64,000 bases of DNA, from the NCBI GenBank assembly GCA_963702895.1, contig OY969767.1, forward strand, positions 1,312,001 through 1,376,000, given 5' to 3'. Origin of the DNA: an uncultured Elusimicrobia bacterium (GTDB taxonomy: Bacteria; Elusimicrobiota; Elusimicrobia; 2-01-FULL-59-12). This document shows positions 1-7,764 of this stretch, piece after piece. A model generated the notes under the pieces. It was not told where the DNA came from. It did not search any database and saw nothing but the letters and a program-made list of their open reading frames with translations. The translations under genes were made by a program, and so were the position numbers. Position 1 is the stretch's first letter, and each line of letters opens with the position of its first letter.

Positions 1-2
1 AG

Positions 3-410
3 ATGAATTCGCGCGCCTACTGCTCACGCTTCAATTTCTCTGGCCAGGACCAGCAGAAAAAAGTGGGCTCACTCTCCGGCGGCGAACGAAACCGCGTGCA
101 CCTGGCGAAGATGCTCAAATCCGGCGCGAACGTCCTCCTGTTGGACGAGCCTTCCAACGACCTCGACGTCAACACACTGCGGGCCCTCGAGGACGCTATC
201 CTGGAGTTTGCGGGATGCGTGCTCGTCATCAGCCACGACCGGTGGTTTCTCGACCGCATTGCCACGCACATCCTGTCCTTCGAGGGCGACAGTCAGGTCC
301 ACTTCATGGAAGGCAATTTCCACGATTACGACGAGACCCTCAAAACGCGCCTGGGCGCAGCCGCCGCCACCCCCCACCGCATCCGCTATAAGAAACTATC
401 GCATTCCTAG
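3..410 (+). CDS. ettA: ABC-F translational throttle protein EttA, C-terminal part (5' end outside window)
   Basis: Second ABC domain motifs [19 protein letters not shown] and [17 protein letters not shown]; EttA-typical tail PHRIRYKKL. Confidence 0.9.
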   Translation: MNSRAYCSRFNFSGQDQQKKVGSLSGGERNRVHLAKMLKSGANVLLLDEPSNDLDVNTLRALEDAILEFAGCVLVISHDRWFLDRIATHILSFEGDSQVHFMEGNFHDYDETLKTRLGAAAATPHRIRYKKLSHS

Positions 411-422
411 CGATCTTTCATC

Positions 423-470
423 GATCCCCGTATTAGGAAATACAATTGATATAATTAATACAGGAGGATC
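423..470 (+). promoter_or_regulatory. Promoter/operator region of the toxin-antitoxin operon
   Basis: Extended -10 TGaTATAAT at 447-455; SD AGGAGG before ATG 474; imperfect inverted repeat GATCCCCGTATTA (423-435) / TAATACAGGAGGATC (456-470). Confidence 0.6.
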
Positions 471-473
471 AAA

Positions 474-710
474 ATGGCAAAAGATCTCATTCATTCCGAC
501 CCGGCGATCATGATGGGGAAGCCCGTGATCAAGGGAACCCGCATCACCGTAGAGCTTGTTCTGGAGAAGTTGGCGGCAGGCGAAACTGTTGAGACCCTTC
601 TCAAGTCTTATCCCCACCTGAAAAAAGAAGGCATTCGCGCCGCAATCGCTTACGCCTCCAAGGTCATGAAAATGGACGTCGTCCATCCCGTTTCCTACAA
701 GGCGGCATGA
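474..710 (+). CDS. DUF433 family antitoxin (VapB45-like)
   Basis: 78 aa with DPAIMMGKPVIKGTRITVELVLE and YPHL signatures; strong SD; ATGA overlap with the toxin gene. Confidence 0.9.
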   Translation: MAKDLIHSDPAIMMGKPVIKGTRITVELVLEKLAAGETVETLLKSYPHLKKEGIRAAIAYASKVMKMDVVHPVSYKAA

Positions 711-1057
711 AGTTCTTTGCTGATGAAAGTATCGAACATGAAGTCGTCAAGCGCCTTAGGCAAGACCACCATCAAGTCCTCCACGTTTCAGAAATCCAGC
801 CGGGCTTGAACGATGATGATGTGCTGGCAAGAGCGCGTGACGCCCAGTCCATCCTCCTGACCCATGACAAAGACTTCGGGGCGCTCGTCTATCAGAAGAA
901 ATATCTGACCACAGGGGTGGTCCTTTGCCGATTGCAAGACGCCAAGGCGGAAAAGAAGGCTGACCTTATTGCGGACATGATCCACATGTATTCCGAAGAA
1001 CTGCACGGCGCGTTTGCGGTACTTACGGAAAGCGAATTCCGCATCCGCAAACTTTAA
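707..1057 (+). CDS. DUF5615 family PIN-like toxin (VapC45/Mut7-C-like)
   Basis: MKFFADESI start, LNDDDVL and ILLTHDKDFG acidic motifs, EFRIRKL end; directly follows DUF433. Confidence 0.88.
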   Translation: MKFFADESIEHEVVKRLRQDHHQVLHVSEIQPGLNDDDVLARARDAQSILLTHDKDFGALVYQKKYLTTGVVLCRLQDAKAEKKADLIADMIHMYSEELHGAFAVLTESEFRIRKL

Positions 1058-1081
1058 TAGATGTCTTAAGACCAGGGGCTC

Positions 1082-1189
1082 TTTATGGAAGGGACTTTCC
1101 ATGACTACGATGTGGCCTTAAGATCCCGCCTCGGCGCAGCTGCCGCCACTCCCCACCGCATCCGTTATAAAAAGTTGACAGCCTCTTAA
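1082..1189 (+). pseudogene. Displaced second copy of the last 35 codons plus stop of ettA
   Basis: Reads [35 protein letters not shown] versus [35 protein letters not shown] at 303-410 (28/35 aa identical, same length). Confidence 0.9.
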
Positions 1190-1203
1190 ACCCCTGCTAA
1201 AAA
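1175..1203 (+). promoter_or_regulatory. Putative sigma70 promoter for a leaderless GIDE-lemA transcript
   Basis: TTGACA (1175-1180), 17-nt spacer ending TGc, TAAAAA (1198-1203), 6 nt, ATG 1210; no SD; the -10 is imperfect. Confidence 0.5.
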
Positions 1204-1209
1204 GCAGTC

Positions 1210-2202
1210 ATGTCACGTTCGTCTAGCGATGCTCCTGTCTTCATCGTGATGGCTCTGATCAGTGGTCCCAATCTCTTATTCTGGGCACTCAAGCGGCTGT
1301 ACAAAAAGCGGCAAATTGAAAATACCCCGACCTCCAAAATCCGGTCGGCGGCGATGGGGATGGTGGAATTCTCCGGGATCGCACGCCAAAAGAAACCCCT
1401 GATCGCGCCGCTGTCGAACCTCCGTTGTTGCTGGTGGCGGTGCCAAGTCCAAGAACTACGAAGAAGCGGCAAAAACTCGCACTGGGCAACAGTGAAAACT
1501 GTAGGATCGATCGATTTCTTTTATCTCGATGACATGACGGGGCATGTGCTCGTCAACCCTATCGGCGCCGAGATCAGCGTCATGAACACAACGCATGACA
1601 TCAATTCTTCCACCCGTCCGAAGTTGTCACCGCTCCTCTCCAGCTGGGGGGTCGACAGCTCAGGCTGGTTTGGGTTCGAAAAGCGCATGAGGATCCTTGA
1701 GGAAACGCTGCCCGAGAGCGCCCCGGTCTACGTGATCGGGGAGCTCTCGCTCATGCGCGATCAGTTGAAAGACCGCCAGATGCGCTTCCGGGAACGCCTC
1801 CGGCTTCTCAAATCGAATCCTGGGGCCATGAAGAACGCCGACTCCAACCAAGACGGCAGCGTCTCGTCTGATGAGTGGGACGCTTTCCGAATCAAGCAGG
1901 AAGAAGCTTTCCTGGAAAGCGAGATGGCCAAGGACGCGGGAACGACCCAAGAAGAACAAATGGTGGTTCAAGCTCCGGCGCACGGAACGTATATCATTTC
2001 GGCGGGGACCGAAGCGGATGTGCTCGGGAAGATGAGTTGGATGGTGCCGCTCGCGCTTGTCGGCGGCCTTGCCCTAAGCGCCGGCGGGGTCTACATGGCA
2101 AACTTACAACATTGGTCACCGCTATTTATCGTAGGATTATTACTCGCGGGGATGGTGTTCGGCAGATGGATCAAACTTAAAGGAGCAATTCAATGGCATT
2201 AA
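1210..2202 (+). CDS. GIDE-domain membrane protein with an EF-hand-like loop
   Basis: N-terminal TM; IENTPTSKIRSAAMGMVEFSG and FYLDDMTGHVLVNP motifs; DSNQDGSVSSDEW loop; two C-terminal TMs; overlaps lemA. Confidence 0.7.
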   Translation: MSRSSSDAPVFIVMALISGPNLLFWALKRLYKKRQIENTPTSKIRSAAMGMVEFSGIARQKKPLIAPLSNLRCCWWRCQVQELRRSGKNSHWATVKTVGSIDFFYLDDMTGHVLVNPIGAEISVMNTTHDINSSTRPKLSPLLSSWGVDSSGWFGFEKRMRILEETLPESAPVYVIGELSLMRDQLKDRQMRFRERLRLLKSNPGAMKNADSNQDGSVSSDEWDAFRIKQEEAFLESEMAKDAGTTQEEQMVVQAPAHGTYIISAGTEADVLGKMSWMVPLALVGGLALSAGGVYMANLQHWSPLFIVGLLLAGMVFGRWIKLKGAIQWH

Positions 2203-2753
2203 TCCTTCTCGTTGTCCTGGCGCTGGTTGTGATGATCTTGGGCGGTTATGTGGCCGCGATTTACAACGGTCTCATTACCGTTAAAAACAATATCGACAAA
2301 GCCTGGGCCAATATCGACGTCCTTCTCAAGCAGCGGCATGACGAACTCCCCAAGCTCATCGACGTCTGCAAAGGCTACATGGAACACGAGAAAGGCGTCT
2401 TTGACCGGGTCTTGCAGGCCCGGCAAGCGCTCATGAGCGCGCAAGGCCCGGCGAAGAAGGGGCAAGCGGAAGGCGAGATGGGCGCTGCCCTGCGCCAACT
2501 CTTCGCCTTAGCGGAGAATTACCCGAACCTCAAAGCGCAAAGTTCTTTCCAGCAGCTTCAGGAACGAGTGTCGGCGCTCGAATCCCAGATTGCCGACCGC
2601 CGAGAGTTCTACAACGATTCCGTCAATACCTATAACATCCGCATTCAGTCGATTCCCGACGTCTTGATCGCCAAACCCATGGGACTTGCTCCGCGGGAGA
2701 TGTATCAGGTCGCGGCGACCGACAAAGAAGACGTTAAGATCAGTTTTAAATAG
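2193..2753 (+). CDS. lemA: LemA family protein
   Basis: N-terminal TM; AWANIDVLLKQRHD, AENYPNLKA and RREFYNDSVNTYN motifs. Confidence 0.93.
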   Translation: MALILLVVLALVVMILGGYVAAIYNGLITVKNNIDKAWANIDVLLKQRHDELPKLIDVCKGYMEHEKGVFDRVLQARQALMSAQGPAKKGQAEGEMGAALRQLFALAENYPNLKAQSSFQQLQERVSALESQIADRREFYNDSVNTYNIRIQSIPDVLIAKPMGLAPREMYQVAATDKEDVKISFK

Positions 2754-2781
2754 GCGAATAACGACGGAATAAACGGGACAG

Positions 2782-2886
2782 CAGAATAGCCAGAACGTCA
2801 GAATAGACGCCAGAACGGCGGCCTATGGAATTGCCTAGCGTGTATACCGTTGTTCTGGAATCTATTCTGCCGTTCTGGCTATTCTG
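2782..2886. repeat. Long inverted repeat built of CAGAA-cored subunits between convergent lemA and yjbQ
   Basis: Arm 2782-2821 matches the reverse complement of 2847-2886 at 35/40 positions; 25-nt loop; extra degenerate unit to about 2913. Confidence 0.9.
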
Positions 2887-2913
2887 ATGTTTTGGCATGT
2901 TTTCTGACGTTCT

Positions 2914-3324
2914 TTAAACCCCAAAAGCTTTGAGAATGACCCTCTTCTTCCGCTGCCCGTCGAATTCTGCGTAGAAAACTTGTTCCCAAGGCCCCAAATC
3001 GAGCCGGCAGGCGGTAATCGGCAGGACGACTTGATGGTGGACGAGCATTCGTTTGAGGTGGGCGTCCCCGTTATCTTCACCGGTGTGGTGATGTTCATAA
3101 TCCGCCACTGGCGCCAGGTGCTCGAGCCACTTCATGATGTCTTTCTTCAGACCTGACTCCTCGTCGTTCACAAAGATGCCGGCCGTGATGTGCATCGCTG
3201 AGGCCAAAATCATGCCGTCCTTGATTCCGCTCTTTTTCACGGCCTGCTCGATGGCTTGCGTGATGTTCACGAGCTCCCTGCGGCTGGCGGTGTTCATCCA
3301 GAGATAATCGGTATAGGTTTTCAT
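2914..3324 (-). CDS. yjbQ: YjbQ/UPF0047 family protein (secondary thiamine-phosphate synthase-like)
   Basis: [20 protein letters not shown] and [16 protein letters not shown] motifs. Confidence 0.9.
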   Translation of the reverse strand: MKTYTDYLWMNTASRRELVNITQAIEQAVKKSGIKDGMILASAMHITAGIFVNDEESGLKKDIMKWLEHLAPVADYEHHHTGEDNGDAHLKRMLVHHQVVLPITACRLDLGPWEQVFYAEFDGQRKKRVILKAFGV

Positions 3325-3755
3325 GGTGCTGGTTGGCGCGCTTTTTCGACTTCTTCGGTCAAAACGCGCTCCTCCTCTTCGCGGATTTTGCGCTGGAGCT
3401 CGTCCAGGCCGAACATCAGAGTGGGTTCACACGTGAGACGGTCTTTCGGGTTGAAAGTGGCCTGAGCTTCGGCAAAACCTTTTTTCATCATGACCTCAAG
3501 CTCCACATTATGGGATTCATCCTCCAAGGGGTAGACGTAGGCGGCGAGATTGAGCCGGGGATCGAGGTACAGGAGAAAATGCTCATAGTAGAACGTGTGG
3601 GAGCATTCCGGGCAGAAAAGGATGTTGATTTCCCCTCCCAAAAGCATCTCTTTGAGCTCCGGGTCCTGTCGGGCATTGATCGAGGTCCAGACGGTGCCCT
3701 TGAATTCCTTGCCGCACTGCGCGCAGTCGACATCGACTTCGTTATGAACGCTCAT
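3321..3755 (-). CDS. CpXC domain zinc-ribbon protein
   Basis: CAQC...CPEC pairs with [17 protein letters not shown] and FLLYLDP. Confidence 0.75.
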   Translation of the reverse strand: MSVHNEVDVDCAQCGKEFKGTVWTSINARQDPELKEMLLGGEINILFCPECSHTFYYEHFLLYLDPRLNLAAYVYPLEDESHNVELEVMMKKGFAEAQATFNPKDRLTCEPTLMFGLDELQRKIREEEERVLTEEVEKARQPAP

Positions 3756-3779
3756 CGAGAGGCATTATAGTACGTCAGC

Positions 3780-4229
3780 TCAGAAGGGAGCTTTGCCGGG
3801 GGCATTGGCCTGACGGGCAAGGCGAGAAAGGATGATCGAAAGACCGATGGCGCCAACGATCGAGCCGGCGATCATCGCTCCCGCTATCCAAAATGACGAA
3901 AAGACATGTTCAGTCAAGGAGCGGTAGAGAAACGTTAAAGCACCATGCAAGAGGGCGCCTAAAACAGCGCCGAGGGAGAATGAACGGCCAAAGTCATAAG
4001 GGCGATGAAAATAAGATGTGCGTTGAATAATCATGGCCGTGACGATGCTCAGGGCCGCCCCCGTCAGAAGAGCGGGCAGCCATGTCTCGACGTAAGCAAA
4101 AAGCACCACTTGGTCGAGGTGACCGCGGGCAAAGTCTGGAAGACCTTTGATCCAAAGCAGGAGAAACGTGACGAGGGGGATCGCCACCATACACCCCAAT
4201 GCAAAGATAACACGGTCTTTGATTTTCAT
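3780..4229 (-). CDS. Hypothetical membrane protein (about 4 TM helices)
   Basis: Four hydrophobic segments; ATG 4229 (MKIKDRV) preferred as start. Confidence 0.6.
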   Translation of the reverse strand: MKIKDRVIFALGCMVAIPLVTFLLLWIKGLPDFARGHLDQVVLFAYVETWLPALLTGAALSIVTAMIIQRTSYFHRPYDFGRSFSLGAVLGALLHGALTFLYRSLTEHVFSSFWIAGAMIAGSIVGAIGLSIILSRLARQANAPGKAPF

Positions 4230-4330
4230 GCGATTAGAATACAAAAGTTGCTTATGACGAAAGCAAGCTTCTCCTCGGGTCGACCAGCGTGCCTGGCACC
4301 ATAGGTCATGTTGTAATGGAAGACGGATGA

Positions 4331-5584
4331 TTATTTAGAAACGGTAACACCTTTTGGGAAATAGCGGTCAAACAAGAACGCCACGATCAGACAGGCGCTG
4401 CTGCCCATGATCAGCGCCGGAGTCGGCCCCACACTGCCCGCGAGACCGCCCGCCAAGAGACCACCCAATGGGCCTATGCCTTCCATGGCCACGGTATAGT
4501 AGCTGATCACCCGTCCGCGCTTATCGTCTTCAGCCAGGTGTTGCAGTGTGGTATTGGCCAACAGCATATGTGTCATAACGGTGAAGCCGACCACCCCGAG
4601 CATGATCAGAGACAGCCACAGGGTATGGGATAAGGAAAACACAATAAACGCAAGTGCGAACAAGCCCACCGATGCTGGTAGGCCACGGCTCAGGCTGGCC
4701 ACTTCCCGACGACCGGCCATGAACAACGTGGCGGCAAGGGCGCCAAAGCCAATAGCAGCCATGAGTTGCCCCAGCGTAGACGGCCCGCCACCCAGAACAC
4801 TTTTCGCAAAAACAGGCATCAAGACCACGAATGAAAAGCCCATGAGGTTAAACAAGGACAACAGCATCAGCACAGAACGAATCGGCCGGACTCCGGAAAC
4901 ATAGTCAAAACCGACTTTCAATTCATTCCAAAGATCACTCTTCGGAGCCTGGATTTGTTCGGCACGGATACGAATGACCATCAGGCTGACCAAGACCGCC
5001 AAGAAGCTGATGCCGTTGATCAAGAAACAAGGACCTTCCCCTACGCGAGCGATCAGCCAGCCCGCGATCAGCGGCGCAACTAAGCGCACTGAATTAAAAA
5101 CCATGGCGTTGAGCGCTATCGCATTACCTAGAACTGCCTTGCTCTCGACAATATCGAGGAGGAAAGCCTGGCGCGCGGGAGTGTCGACAGCGTATACACA
5201 TCCAATGAAACCACTCAGGACGAGGACATGCCAGGGCACGATACTCCCGCTGAATGTAAGAGCGGCAAGCGCGAATGCCTGCGCCATGGCCAATGACTGA
5301 GTTGCCAGCAGGACTCGTCGCCGGGGCCAGCGATCGATAAGGACCCCCGCCACCGGACTCAGAAACAAACTGGGTATTTGGGTAACGAACACGATCAACC
5401 CCAGCATCAGTGCCGAATCCGTCAGGCGATACACCAACCAGCTCATGGCGATCTGCTGGATCCAGCTGCCCATGAGTGAGGTCCCCTGGCCAAAGAAATA
5501 AAGCCGGAAGTTTTTGTAGGCGATTGCCCGGAACATCGGACTGATGCGTGATTGAAGTTGCAAAGCCAATGACGTTACCTCCAT
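4331..5584 (-). CDS. MFS transporter (MFS_3/EntS-like exporter)
   Basis: NFRLYFFGQGTSLMGSWIQQIAMSWLVYRLT, motif A GVLIDRWPRRRVL, DKRGRV; about 12 TMs. Confidence 0.9.
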   Translation of the reverse strand: MEVTSLALQLQSRISPMFRAIAYKNFRLYFFGQGTSLMGSWIQQIAMSWLVYRLTDSALMLGLIVFVTQIPSLFLSPVAGVLIDRWPRRRVLLATQSLAMAQAFALAALTFSGSIVPWHVLVLSGFIGCVYAVDTPARQAFLLDIVESKAVLGNAIALNAMVFNSVRLVAPLIAGWLIARVGEGPCFLINGISFLAVLVSLMVIRIRAEQIQAPKSDLWNELKVGFDYVSGVRPIRSVLMLLSLFNLMGFSFVVLMPVFAKSVLGGGPSTLGQLMAAIGFGALAATLFMAGRREVASLSRGLPASVGLFALAFIVFSLSHTLWLSLIMLGVVGFTVMTHMLLANTTLQHLAEDDKRGRVISYYTVAMEGIGPLGGLLAGGLAGSVGPTPALIMGSSACLIVAFLFDRYFPKGVTVSK

Positions 5585-5610
5585 CGATTCTTAGACGGGC
5601 AAGAAGTACG

Positions 5611-7518
5611 TTACGCAGCTGCGGTCTTCGAATCTATCTGAAGCGCTGCGTAGCGGCGCTTGGCATGTTCGGGGGAGATCGCGACCGCTAGCGAGAGATA
5701 CTGGTTCCCCTCCTGAAACATCAGCTTCAACGTGCAAAGCTCCTTCAGTGTGTCTTTAAGGATGGCTTCGCTTCCGCCGTTCTGAGTGTAGCGCTTAAGC
5801 AACTGATCAAAGCTGCGGATTTCTGTGCAAAACAGATAAAGGTCACGGTCTTGCTCATCAAGAACGACTTCGCTCAGGCCTCCCCCACGTCTATCGAAGA
5901 TATTTAAGAAGGTCTCGCCATCCTGATAGCTCAGCGTGTTTTCGGGATACGAGTAGTAGGAACCCTTCCACTGTTCACATGCATCATGAACCGGTGACCA
6001 GTCTGCGCTGGGCAGCGTTGAATCAAAGTCGAGCTCGTAGGTGTTAATTCGCCTCCACACATCGTCTGGCATGCCAACGCGATACATTTCACGGTTACGG
6101 ACGTTCGTAATGCCTACCTCTTGGCGCACTTTATCCACCGCCGTGTCAATGAAGAGCGCGAATTTGGATATGTTGAGAGGTTCATAGGAGATCGCGAAGT
6201 CGAGAATGTTCCTGCGAGTCTCTTCGATCTCCTCTTGAGTGGTGCCTGGAAATTCCGTGAGCAGATTGGATTGACTCGTGATTCTGAGTTCAGCGCATGT
6301 CCTGAGAGCCTGCAGGTTCTGAATGGTAGACGTGCCTTTGCCGATGCGGCGAAGATACGCGGTCGACAGCCCCTCGATACCCATTTGGGTATTCTTGAGT
6401 CCGGCTTCCTTCAGTAAGAAAAGCTCATAGGGCGTAATACTAGCGCGAATCTCATGAAAGAATTGATAATCCCGGCGATGAGCCATGAGCTCCTGCGAGA
6501 ACGCCTTAACGCCCTTGGTTCGTAGGACATCATCAACGAAAATGAAATTTACGTTCCGATACCGGCAGCTGAGCTGATCCATTTCCGCAACGATGCGCGG
6601 GATGGACCGCTCGCGGTAACGTTCATATTGCGTGTTGACTGTGCAGAATTGGCATATCGACTTGGTATTCTTGGTTTGTGCCGTACGATTCCACCAGCAC
6701 CCGCGGGAACCCTGAATTGGGATCGACCAGACCACGTTGTGCTGCTCGGCAAGAGCCACATATTCTTCGTAGTTGGGCGGAGGCAGGTCATCGAAGGGAG
6801 CCGGCTCGGGCCTCTGGACCACGTCCTCTCCGGAAGGAAGGCGTCTTAGCACTCCCGGAATGGGGCAATCAGCCACGCGCTGCGCGGCAACGGCATCCAG
6901 CAATGAAACAAGCGGACGCTCTCCTTCCCCTTGAACGATAAATTCGATCCACGGATACTCGCGCATGATGGACGGGCCCACCCGCCCTGCAAGAGTCATA
7001 CCGCCGAGGATCACTTGCGTTGTCGGCGACATCTCCTTGAGCCTCTGGGCGACTTTCAGATTGAGAAAGAGCTGTGCATAGGACGTCGTGAACCCGACCA
7101 GCTGAGTGCCAGCAAGCTGCTGAGCTGTGCGCTCGACGAGCAACGAGAGAAGTCCGCTCAAGCGGTCAAAGGTGTTCCCCTGCTTCTGAAGAGCAGCGGG
7201 AATTCCTTTGTGCCAGGCTTCGAAGTGGCCCCGTATGGATGCGGTCTTTGAAGGATAGAGGAGTTGCAGAGCCAGCAACTCACCTACTTGGTGACAGTGA
7301 GATGCGATGTGCTTATAGAGGTCCGCTCCGAGTCGTTCCGCGAAGTCGACATAGAGGTGGTGAGTGGAGACGTTCCACTCGGGACGCTCCTTGCGAACGA
7401 ACGCAGAGAGAACGCCCAGTGCGGCAGACGGGCGATCACGATGCGACCATGGGAGCGAAACAAGAGCCAGACTGAGGGGTCGAATTGACATGACTATCGA
7501 TACCCCAGGTTTGTTCAT
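5611..7518 (-). CDS. Cobalamin-dependent RiPP-maturation radical SAM enzyme (TIGR03975-like C-methyltransferase)
   Basis: LVSLPW..RPSAALGVL N-terminus; B12-binding region VGFTT..VILGG..GEGE; SRGCWW-X12-CQFC; QMGIEGLS; C-terminal DG..FLNIFDRR..YLSLAV domain; alternative start ATG 7491. Confidence 0.85.
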   Translation of the reverse strand: MNKPGVSIVMSIRPLSLALVSLPWSHRDRPSAALGVLSAFVRKERPEWNVSTHHLYVDFAERLGADLYKHIASHCHQVGELLALQLLYPSKTASIRGHFEAWHKGIPAALQKQGNTFDRLSGLLSLLVERTAQQLAGTQLVGFTTSYAQLFLNLKVAQRLKEMSPTTQVILGGMTLAGRVGPSIMREYPWIEFIVQGEGERPLVSLLDAVAAQRVADCPIPGVLRRLPSGEDVVQRPEPAPFDDLPPPNYEEYVALAEQHNVVWSIPIQGSRGCWWNRTAQTKNTKSICQFCTVNTQYERYRERSIPRIVAEMDQLSCRYRNVNFIFVDDVLRTKGVKAFSQELMAHRRDYQFFHEIRASITPYELFLLKEAGLKNTQMGIEGLSTAYLRRIGKGTSTIQNLQALRTCAELRITSQSNLLTEFPGTTQEEIEETRRNILDFAISYEPLNISKFALFIDTAVDKVRQEVGITNVRNREMYRVGMPDDVWRRINTYELDFDSTLPSADWSPVHDACEQWKGSYYSYPENTLSYQDGETFLNIFDRRGGGLSEVVLDEQDRDLYLFCTEIRSFDQLLKRYTQNGGSEAILKDTLKELCTLKLMFQEGNQYLSLAVAISPEHAKRRYAALQIDSKTAAA

Positions 7519-7537
7519 TTTTCAAGGAGTTAAATAA

Positions 7538-7588
7538 CGAAACGTGAGAGCTCTGGGGACCTACCGATCCACAGGCTCTCACGTTTCG
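7538..7588 (-). terminator. Stem-loop between peptide gene and rSAM gene (terminator/attenuator or stabilising hairpin)
   Basis: Perfect 14-bp arms CGAAACGTGAGAGC (7538-7551) / GCTCTCACGTTTCG (7575-7588), followed on the minus strand by TTATTTAA; second 7-bp hairpin at 7592-7614. Confidence 0.75.
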
Positions 7589-7632
7589 CAACTGTCGAAA
7601 AAACTTATCGACAGACCATCGCCAGCATCAGA

Positions 7633-7764
7633 CTAATCGCCCCAACAAATATTGACTGGTTCAACCTTTCTTTCGAATGATTGGCTCGCTGCTTTGAGTT
7701 CCTCCGCTGAGAGACTTGGGGTGTCCCTGGTGACGGTGATTTTCTTGGTTTCTTGTGATTCCAT
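7633..7764 (-). CDS. Putative RiPP precursor peptide, 43 aa (not in ORF track)
   Basis: Manual translation MESQETKKITVTRDTPSLSAEELKAASQSFERKVEPVNICWGD*; SD AAAGGAGG 8 nt upstream; co-oriented directly upstream of the rSAM gene. Confidence 0.8.
   Translation of the reverse strand: MESQETKKITVTRDTPSLSAEELKAASQSFERKVEPVNICWGD

Noticed and set aside
2782..2913. Short repeated units as a CRISPR array
   Set aside because: Units are 8-12 nt, inverted, lack unique spacers, and no cas genes are present
7633..7650. C-terminal W-G-D as a triceptide/cyclophane motif
   Set aside because: Those crosslinks are made by SPASM/twitch radical SAM enzymes; the enzyme here is B12-dependent with no SPASM cysteine set
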